Virus record (IMG/VR): IMGVR_UViG_3300008267_000012 | Origin: a virus | Lineage: Duplodnaviria > Caudoviricetes | Length of the DNA stretch: 64,000 bases | Strand: one strand, 5' to 3' | Made by a program: the position numbers and the translations under genes | Notes under the pieces: model-generated | Database searches by the model: none | Told to the model about the DNA's origin: nothing | The model's input: only the letters and a program-made list of their open reading frames with translations | Shown: positions 57,332 to 64,000 of the stretch, piece after piece | How the letters are laid out: every line of letters starts with the position of its first letter | Numbering within the stretch: position 1 is the first letter of the stretch

Positions 57332-58480
57332 TTAAACTAATTTTCTTTTAATATTTTCAATTAAAATAGTTCTCTTTCTTTTTTGAATTTCTTGTTGCAA
57401 CTGTTCTTTTAATAATTTTTTAGATTCGGCTTTTAATTGCTTCAAGAAACTTTCATCCAATTTTTCCGTTGATTCTTCTTCAGCAGCAGGTTCTTCAGCA
57501 GGTAATTCTTCAATAGGTGCTTCCTCTTCAGCATCATTAGTACTAATTTCCGAACCTTGCATTTTTTTGTAGAATGATTCAACAACTTTATCACCAACTA
57601 ATTTAAATCCTTCAGGACCAATAGCAGTAATAAGACTATTCATTGCATTTTTAATATCTTTTTCATCAAATTGCTCTTTATCTTGAAGGTCATTAATAGT
57701 TTGACCAAGTTTACCAACAGCTTCTTGGAATTCTTTTTTAGGGTCAGCCTCTTCAGCAGGTGCTTCAGGAGTTGCAGTAGTATCAGCAGCAGGTTCTTCA
57801 ACAGCAGTAGCATCACCTTCAGGAGCAGCAGTAGCATCACCTTCAGGAGCAGCAGTAGCATCGGCAGTAGGAGTAGCACCACCTTCAGGAGCAGCAGTAG
57901 TTTCTGCATCAGGTTCATTCATACCACCTAAAATATCATCTGCTATTTTTGTTGTTGATTCAGCACCTGTTTGAGTTGTATTAACAGGAGCAGCAGGTTC
58001 AGCAGCAGCATCAGCGGTTGCATCAGCAGCAGGTTCAGCAGCAGGTGTTTCTTTTTGTTTATCTAAATCACTTAAAAGTTTAGATTCAGGGTCTTCTTTT
58101 TCTGTATCTTCATCTTTTTCAAGAAGTAGTCTTAATTTGTGTGCATTATTTTGCGCTTCACAAATGAAAGACATTTTATTAGTTGCCTTTTCAAAAGAAT
58201 TAAATTTCTCAATACCAAAAGTAGTATTCAATCCATCCAAGTGTTTAAAATCAGTAGGATTAGTACTTCCCTTTTTAGAAGTATACTTTAAATAATAAGT
58301 TTTATTTTCATGAATAATACCAAAAGTATTACCATCCAAAGTTTTTTGAATCTTTAATAGAGAAGGTTTTAATTCTACCTTTTTATCAGTATCAATAGCT
58401 AACCTTTTAAAGTTTTCAGCAATCTGTTCTTTAGTTGCTTTCTCTCTACTAATTCTACTTGCGTCTGCTCTTTTAATCAT
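57332..58480 (-). CDS. Hypothetical head-associated protein with Ala/Pro/Glu/Thr low-complexity linker
   Basis: 382 aa with a TAAPEGDA-repeat linker and (L/I)xE sites. Confidence 0.55.
   Translation of the reverse strand: MIKRADASRISREKATKEQIAENFKRLAIDTDKKVELKPSLLKIQKTLDGNTFGIIHENKTYYLKYTSKKGSTNPTDFKHLDGLNTTFGIEKFNSFEKATNKMSFICEAQNNAHKLRLLLEKDEDTEKEDPESKLLSDLDKQKETPAAEPAADATADAAAEPAAPVNTTQTGAESTTKIADDILGGMNEPDAETTAAPEGGATPTADATAAPEGDATAAPEGDATAVEEPAADTTATPEAPAEEADPKKEFQEAVGKLGQTINDLQDKEQFDEKDIKNAMNSLITAIGPEGFKLVGDKVVESFYKKMQGSEISTNDAEEEAPIEELPAEEPAAEEESTEKLDESFLKQLKAESKKLLKEQLQQEIQKRKRTILIENIKRKLV
57802..57862 (-). repeat. 24-bp tandem repeat (TAAPEGDA)
   Basis: cagcagtagcatcaccttcaggag x2.5, with a further partial copy near 57880-57900. 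Confidence 0.9.
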
Positions 58481-58510
58481 TTTATTATAAATTTTTATTT
58501 ATTTTATTTA

Positions 58511-59035
58511 TTAATACCTTCTTCTTTTTTTACTTTCATTTAAAGTTTCACCTCTAACACCAGTTTCTCTTAAAGCTTCTAATACAGCTTTTGTTAGTGA
58601 CATTCTACCTAATTTAGGGGCTAAATTTCTAGTAAACACACTAGCTTCTAATCCATCACTTAATTTACCTGATTTAATTAAACCCTTTTCAATTACACTA
58701 AGTAAAGAATCTCTATTACCTCCTGCTGCAAGACCTTTATCAATTAAATCAAATAACCAATCCATTAGTTTACTATTACCACTACCTAAACCACCTTGTG
58801 TATCAACAATTCCTTCTTTTAAACTTTTTATTTTAGAAAGTTTTCCTTTCAACATTTCATTTTCTCTTTGAAGAGACTTCACTTTTTCTTCAAGCATTTT
58901 CTTCTTTGTTTGTTCAAAAATTTGATTAAAATCAACTTCATCTAAATGTTTTTTTGTGTAACCTTCTTTAAAGAGTTCTCTCTTAGCTTGAACGAAATTT
59001 TCAAAAACTAAATTATATAGCTGTTTGTTAGTCAT
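58511..59035 (-). CDS. Hypothetical late protein
   Basis: 174 aa; CTAATTATA at 59049-59057; LKE|G and LNE|S sites. Confidence 0.55.
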   Translation of the reverse strand: MTNKQLYNLVFENFVQAKRELFKEGYTKKHLDEVDFNQIFEQTKKKMLEEKVKSLQRENEMLKGKLSKIKSLKEGIVDTQGGLGSGNSKLMDWLFDLIDKGLAAGGNRDSLLSVIEKGLIKSGKLSDGLEASVFTRNLAPKLGRMSLTKAVLEALRETGVRGETLNESKKRRRY

Positions 59036-59053
59036 AACAATATTTTATTATAA

Positions 59054-60022
59054 TTAGTTAGAATTTATAGAAAATACGTTATTTACTATTTCTTTTTTAT
59101 TATCCTTGATAATATCAAATAGTTTATTATTTCTCAATACTTTAAAAACTAAGTTATTTACTGAAAACTCACCTTCTGTCTGTGTTGCTTCACCACGTTC
59201 TTTCTTAATCTTTTTAAGTACTTTATTATAACTCTCCATCTTCTTTAATGAATCTTCCATCATTGATATCTTATTAAAGATATCTAAATACTTGTTAACT
59301 TTTTGGGTAACTAAATGCCTATCAACTTCAGGTAATTTATACTTTGGTTTCTTAATCCATTTGTTATCAATTATTGAATACATTGCGCTTTTACCCACAG
59401 TCTGTTCATTTATATCTTGAACATATATTTCAACAGGATATGAACCAATCTTTACATCATTTGATACTTCCCATGCTGCTCTCTTTTGTAAAAAATAATT
59501 CATTACAAAATCAACATCATCTGAAACATCTTTATAATCAATAACAATATGTAAATCAATATCAGATGAATCTGTATAATTATAATTTGCTAAACTACCT
59601 GTAAAGATTATATCTTTTAATTTTACCTTTGAATCTAATTCTAAACTATTAAAATAGTATTTACCAAGATTTAAAAGATTTTTTCTGATATTACTTTTTA
59701 AATGATTATTCAACCAAAATTGAGGATTTAAACTTTTATGATATTCAATCTCAACATCTGATTTTAATTTAGATGGGATATTTTCTTCTTCTAATTGTTT
59801 ATAAATTGTTTCTTCCAACTTTGCTTTTTTAAGTTTAGTATAGTATTTTGGATTCTCAGATAAATGGTCCATAGCAATTTCTTTTGCTTGTTTTTTATTA
59901 TCAGTATGTTCCATTTCAGTTTTAATACCCAACTTTAGTTGTGATGTTAAATCCACAATAGAAACTTTATGTTTTTTAGCAATTTTTGGCAATGTTAATT
60001 TGTCTGCTTTACCTCCTTTCAT
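59054..60022 (-). CDS. DUF5661-like domain fused to a Pol-beta-superfamily nucleotidyltransferase
   Basis: N-terminal QLKLGIKTEMEHT...AKEIAMDHLSENPKYYTKL; C-terminal FTGSLANYNY..SSDIDLHI...PVEIYVQD (GS, DxD and a third acidic residue). Confidence 0.75.
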   Translation of the reverse strand: MKGGKADKLTLPKIAKKHKVSIVDLTSQLKLGIKTEMEHTDNKKQAKEIAMDHLSENPKYYTKLKKAKLEETIYKQLEEENIPSKLKSDVEIEYHKSLNPQFWLNNHLKSNIRKNLLNLGKYYFNSLELDSKVKLKDIIFTGSLANYNYTDSSDIDLHIVIDYKDVSDDVDFVMNYFLQKRAAWEVSNDVKIGSYPVEIYVQDINEQTVGKSAMYSIIDNKWIKKPKYKLPEVDRHLVTQKVNKYLDIFNKISMMEDSLKKMESYNKVLKKIKKERGEATQTEGEFSVNNLVFKVLRNNKLFDIIKDNKKEIVNNVFSINSN

Positions 60023-60060
60023 TTGAAAAATCGTATTTTATACATATAACTAGAAAAAAA

Positions 60061-60069
60061 CTATTTATA
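60061..60069 (+). promoter_or_regulatory. Candidate late promoter CTATTTATA
   Basis: 11 nt upstream of the ATG at 60081. Confidence 0.65.
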
Positions 60070-60080
60070 ATAAAAATAAT

Positions 60081-60548
60081 ATGTTTAGATATAATCAAAA
60101 AAATGCAAATAGAGAGGTTGATGAACTTAAAAAATTGTTAGCAATAACAAAAGGTATGAGAACACCTACTAAATCAATCTCTTCATCCTTTTTAAGAGAA
60201 GCTGTTGATATGTTAGGTCAACCAACTGACCCTGCTGCTACACAAGGTACTCAAGATGCACCTGCTGTTGATATGACAACACCAGAAGAAATGGCTGATA
60301 CTGATGCACAAAGTAAATTTGAAAAAGCAACAAATGATTCAAAAGTAACTGAATTATCCGATAAACTTGTTAAAGCTGAAAAATATGAAGGTAAGTTAAA
60401 ATTTACATATGATATTGAAAAAGATAAACCTACAGTTACAATTCCCGATGAACTTGAATTAGATGATGATGCATTTACAACATTACAAAAGGTTAAAGAA
60501 TATTTTAAAATTTGGAAAGACGAGAGCGAAAAAACACCATCTGCATAA
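60081..60548 (+). CDS. Hypothetical late protein
   Basis: 155 aa; FLRE|AV site followed by an Ala/Thr/Pro linker. Confidence 0.55.
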   Translation: MFRYNQKNANREVDELKKLLAITKGMRTPTKSISSSFLREAVDMLGQPTDPAATQGTQDAPAVDMTTPEEMADTDAQSKFEKATNDSKVTELSDKLVKAEKYEGKLKFTYDIEKDKPTVTIPDELELDDDAFTTLQKVKEYFKIWKDESEKTPSA

Positions 60549-60899
60549 ATGAATAATAATATTTTACAAATAGTTTTATTAATTATTGTTACAATAATAC
60601 TATCTGTATTACTTTATTTTGTAAATGATAAAACTGATAAAAATACTGATGATGTTGTAAAGACTTCTCAAGAAGTTGAAAACATTAAAAAAGAAACAAG
60701 TGATTTTAAAATCAGATATCAAATTTTAAAGAAAGTAAATGATTCAATATTTTTACTTATTGATAAACAAAATATTAAAATAATTACATACAATAAAAGA
60801 ATAGCACAATTAGAAAAAAATGAAGAAGATATTAAAAAGATTGTTGGTAGTATTGATGATAGTACCCTTTATAAGTTACTCTCAGAAGTTCCCTACTAA
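60549..60899 (+). CDS. Inner-membrane-anchored coiled-coil protein (i-spanin/Rz-like)
   Basis: N-terminal TM (ILQIVLLIIVTIILSVLLYFV) plus a coiled coil; overlaps the next gene by 80 nt. Confidence 0.45.
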   Translation: MNNNILQIVLLIIVTIILSVLLYFVNDKTDKNTDDVVKTSQEVENIKKETSDFKIRYQILKKVNDSIFLLIDKQNIKIITYNKRIAQLEKNEEDIKKIVGSIDDSTLYKLLSEVPY

Positions 60900-61263
60900 A
60901 ACATTAAAACCTATAACTTTTACAAAAGAAAAGGATAATTATTTATATACTTTTAATACTGACCAAACTAAATTTTTTTATGAAACTAAAATGTTATACG
61001 ACATTTGTAATAAAAAAACTTTATATAAAGATTCCATAATTAATGCTAAAGATAAAGTAATTGAACAAATAACTACCTTAAATAAAGATAATAAAATAGA
61101 ATTAGATACTTGTAATTCATTAGTGATTAGACAATATAATTTAATAAATAAACAAGATAGTCTAATTACTGCTCAACATGACATTATTGATAAAAAGAAT
61201 ATTAAACTATCCTTTCTTGGTGGCACAACTTTAGCAATTATAATAGCTATGTTGCTTCTTTAA
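60820..61263 (+). CDS. Secreted/membrane coiled-coil protein (spanin-partner-like)
   Basis: Signal-peptide-like MKKILKRLLVVLMIVPFISYS|Q, a coiled coil and a C-terminal TM. Confidence 0.4.
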   Translation: MKKILKRLLVVLMIVPFISYSQKFPTKTLKPITFTKEKDNYLYTFNTDQTKFFYETKMLYDICNKKTLYKDSIINAKDKVIEQITTLNKDNKIELDTCNSLVIRQYNLINKQDSLITAQHDIIDKKNIKLSFLGGTTLAIIIAMLLL

Positions 61264-61454
61264 ACAGCATCACCCCAAGTACCTTTCCTATTCCAAAGTA
61301 CTCTAAATAAATTAGATAAAGTTTTTACTGTAACCTTTTTGATTTCATTTTCAGTAAATTTACCTTTAACGACTTTCTCAATTTCTTTTTCAAGAAATGG
61401 TTTAAGTTCTTTTACAATCTCTCTTTTTAAAGATTCTTCCTCTTTTTTAGTCAT
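61260..61454 (-). CDS. Small hypothetical late protein
   Basis: 64 aa; CTAATTATA motif at 61474-61482. Confidence 0.55.
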   Translation of the reverse strand: MTKKEEESLKREIVKELKPFLEKEIEKVVKGKFTENEIKKVTVKTLSNLFRVLWNRKGTWGDAV

Positions 61455-61473
61455 TTAAACTTTATTATTTTAA

Positions 61474-61501
61474 TATAATTAGTTGTTTGTAACTATTTAA
61501 T
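61474..61501. promoter_or_regulatory. Back-to-back candidate late promoters
   Basis: tataattag (61474-61482, read on the minus strand) and ctatttaat (61493-61501). Confidence 0.6.
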
Positions 61502-61512
61502 AAAAACCTTAT

Positions 61513-63957
61513 ATGGAAAATCAGCAAGTACAACCAACAACTGTTGATACTAGAGTTCAAGGTGGTGCAACAAAGAAAACAAAGAAACGAGAATTTAAAA
61601 ATCGTAAAACTTTTTCTTTGAAGGCAATGGAAGCTTTAGTTGACAAAGTTGGTTTTCTTAAAAATAAATATGAAGCATTAGCTATCAATGCTCAAGAAAA
61701 ATTGGGATATCATTATAATGAAATCTTGAATATCTTACTTTTCCATAAATATGTTAAAGGAAATAAAAAATTATTTAACATGTACAAAAAAGTAAAAGAT
61801 GCAATAAATAAAGGTTATGAATTTGAAAAGAAAAAATTAAAAGAAAATACCATGAAAAATAAAAGTAATAAAACTCATTTTGCAATTAATAAAAATACTA
61901 ACAAAATTCTAGAATCTTGGAATTATGAAGGTTATGAACATGATGAGTTAAAAAAATATAAAGATGAATATTTTACAAAAGATGTGAAAAGAAATTATCC
62001 ATTCTTGAATGAAAATGACATTGTAGTTGTTTCAGCTAAAAATTTAGAAAAAAGAGAACTTAATGAAAGTAATAAAAAAGATTGGCAGAAATATAACTAT
62101 TCTCATTTTGCTTTATTAAAAGAAACTAACCATATTCTATATGGTTTTGATTATTCTAATGTAGATTCAGAAGAATTAAAAGAAAATAAAAATCATTATT
62201 TCTTAAATGTTATATCTGAAGAATATGGTAATGAAATATCTCCAAAAGATGTTGTAGTTGTTAAATCTAGTAAACTTGATAAATTAGGTATTAAAGATTA
62301 TTTAAATGAATCTAATTGGGTTGGATTAATCAATGAAGCATATTGTGGAGACAATAAAGAAGAAATGATTGATGAAGTTAGTAGAGATAGAAATTTGATT
62401 AACAGTCTTGTAAATGGAGATATTTATGAATATGAAGTTCCAAGTTGGGCTTTAGGTGCTTTAATTAATGGTGATTATAGTGGATTAAGTGATGAAGATG
62501 AACAAAAAATAAATAACTTTGTTCAAAGCGTTGTATCTGAAGTTGGTAATGCTAATTTCTATGGAGGTGAAGAAGAAGATAGAATAGGTTTTAGTGGATT
62601 TAATGACATTGATAAATTAGGTAGTGAAGTATATAAAGTTTATGTTAGAAAGTCTAATATTGAAGAATCAACTGCAATGAGTAATGCATTCCCTGTTGGT
62701 AATCAACCTACAGGTGGATATCCTGTTGCTAATCCAAAAAAGAAAGGTAAGAAAAGAGGATTTGATTTAAAGAGTGGACAGAATATGTTTGACCCACCTA
62801 GTAATGATTTAGGTGGTTTAGATGATTTTTATAGTAGATGGTCAAACCCTGCATTTAAGAGTAATAAAGGACCTGTAAAAGTTGATAAAGCAGGTCGTGT
62901 TAAAGTTAATACTAAAACACATTATTCAGGTACAAATAAAAGTGTAAAAGGTGTAAATGAAAATTATAATTTAGTTGATTTAGATGCTTTAATGAATGAT
63001 GAGATTGTAGAATACAAAAAGATATCAGCACCTAGTAATGTATTTAAAAGTCCTAAGATTGAATTAATCAGAGAAAATAATAGAGATAGCATTACTGATT
63101 TTATTTTAAAACACCAAGGTCGTGAATTACCTGAAGTATATAATAAAAGACAGTTAGATACATTAGCATTAAAAACTTTAAATGAATATTATAATAGATT
63201 AGTTCAAAGACTTGGTTTACTAGCAGAAGAAAAAAGACCTGATGCATTAGTTAGAATTGATGCTCTTAAAAAACAATCTCAAAAAGATACTAATAACTAC
63301 TATAAAAAAGATGCAAGTAACAAAACCACTACTATGCTTGTTCAAAAAGGTGAAGGAGATGGTTTAGAATATGATAAAGATTCAAGAGAAAGAAAAGATA
63401 TTCCAATGTATAAGTTTCAATCTGACCATCAAAAACAATATCTTGAAAAAGGTCATAGAGGATTAGAAGATTTTGTTCCCGATAATAATCCAAATGGTGA
63501 AGTTGACCCTGTATGGGAAGCAAGAAAGAAAGCATTAATGAGTACACAAGAAGTTGGTGCAAAAGCATATGATTCAGCTAAGAAAAGAATTCAATACAAA
63601 AAAGATAATAAACTTGGTACAGGTAGAAATAGAGCAGTCCTTAATCAGGAGACCTTACCTAAAGTTGATAAAGCAGATGAATTATTAAAAGAAAATACAT
63701 TTACCGTTATAAATGAAGAAAATATCTTAAATCAGATACAATCTTATTACATTGATGACGAAAATAGAAAAAAACCTGTTATATTTGATTCAAACAATAT
63801 CGTTGAAATGCAAAAAATCAATGAAAATAAACTTTCGGGTTGTAAAGAATTAATATATAAAGGTTTAGGTCAAACTTTATCTGAAGACTTTAAAAATAGA
63901 GTTTTAAACAAGAAACTTCTTTACTCACCTGATAGTAAAAAAGTTTTCTTAGTTTAA
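61513..63957 (+). CDS. Large multi-domain late protein with duplicated HFA..K.T..I...Y module (polyvalent-like)
   Basis: 814 aa with two copies of a roughly 70-aa module, a VPSWALGALINGDYSGLSDED domain and many (L/I/V)xE sites. Confidence 0.6.
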   Translation: MENQQVQPTTVDTRVQGGATKKTKKREFKNRKTFSLKAMEALVDKVGFLKNKYEALAINAQEKLGYHYNEILNILLFHKYVKGNKKLFNMYKKVKDAINKGYEFEKKKLKENTMKNKSNKTHFAINKNTNKILESWNYEGYEHDELKKYKDEYFTKDVKRNYPFLNENDIVVVSAKNLEKRELNESNKKDWQKYNYSHFALLKETNHILYGFDYSNVDSEELKENKNHYFLNVISEEYGNEISPKDVVVVKSSKLDKLGIKDYLNESNWVGLINEAYCGDNKEEMIDEVSRDRNLINSLVNGDIYEYEVPSWALGALINGDYSGLSDEDEQKINNFVQSVVSEVGNANFYGGEEEDRIGFSGFNDIDKLGSEVYKVYVRKSNIEESTAMSNAFPVGNQPTGGYPVANPKKKGKKRGFDLKSGQNMFDPPSNDLGGLDDFYSRWSNPAFKSNKGPVKVDKAGRVKVNTKTHYSGTNKSVKGVNENYNLVDLDALMNDEIVEYKKISAPSNVFKSPKIELIRENNRDSITDFILKHQGRELPEVYNKRQLDTLALKTLNEYYNRLVQRLGLLAEEKRPDALVRIDALKKQSQKDTNNYYKKDASNKTTTMLVQKGEGDGLEYDKDSRERKDIPMYKFQSDHQKQYLEKGHRGLEDFVPDNNPNGEVDPVWEARKKALMSTQEVGAKAYDSAKKRIQYKKDNKLGTGRNRAVLNQETLPKVDKADELLKENTFTVINEENILNQIQSYYIDDENRKKPVIFDSNNIVEMQKINENKLSGCKELIYKGLGQTLSEDFKNRVLNKKLLYSPDSKKVFLV

Positions 63958-63958
63958 A

Positions 63959-64000
63959 ATGATGGATTTAAAAGATAAGGATAAAATATCAAAAGATAAT
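63959..64000 (+). CDS. Start of next ORF (truncated by window end)
   Basis: ATG ATG GAT TTA AAA... stays open to the end of the window, 1 nt after the previous stop. Confidence 0.4.
   Translation, partial: MMDLKDKDKISKDN

Noticed and set aside
50781-57900. Tandem repeats as a possible CRISPR or mini-array
   Set aside because: Unit lengths are multiples of three, the repeats are contiguous without spacers, and they lie in frame within protein linkers.
57640-57931. Leu-rich and Ser-rich plus-strand ORFs that look membrane-like
   Set aside because: They are antisense translations of the 24-bp TAAPEGDA repeat in 57332..58480.
1-64000. Stop-codon reassignment (TAG/TGA), as seen in some gut Bacteroidota phages
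   Set aside because: Core genes are full length in code 11, and TAG and TGA are used as genuine stops (e.g. 20468, 46657, 44367).
1-64000. tRNA, rRNA or structured ncRNA genes
   Set aside because: Intergenic gaps are almost all under 70 nt and are accounted for by promoter motifs and terminators. I saw no cloverleaf or T-loop (GTTCRA) signature in them.

Overview
The whole 64-kb window is a densely coding, very AT-rich segment of a large lytic contractile-tailed (T4-like, myovirus morphotype) dsDNA phage, read in the standard genetic code. It holds most of the morphogenesis genes. Head: terminase large subunit, portal, prohead protease, scaffold, gp23-type major capsid protein and neck proteins. 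Tail: sheath, tube, tape measure, and gp25/gp6/gp26/spike-type baseplate proteins. Interleaved is an early/middle block: RuvC-like resolvase, metallophosphoesterase, 3'-5' exonuclease, two sigma factors, a primase-like protein, PhoH and class Ia NrdAB. Host-type TAnnTTTG promoter elements and the lack of obvious Shine-Dalgarno sites point to a Bacteroidota host (inference). Most notable: (1) a cluster of probable head-packaged cargo proteins beside the terminase, including a DUF5661-like/nucleotidyltransferase fusion and an 814-aa multi-domain protein resembling anti-restriction polyvalent proteins; (2) four tandem genes sharing an N-terminal anchor module but with unrelated C-termini, bracketed by two collar-fibre-like genes; (3) a probable +1/-2 programmed frameshift on a U7 run in the tail chaperone gene; (4) a CTA(T/A)TTA(T/A) motif in front of about 20 mostly structural genes (candidate late promoter); (5) an nrdB gene with an internal deletion and frameshift. 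I found no tRNA, rRNA, CRISPR array, integrase, transposase, intein or reverse transcriptase. All family assignments come from motif recognition by eye, not from database searches.
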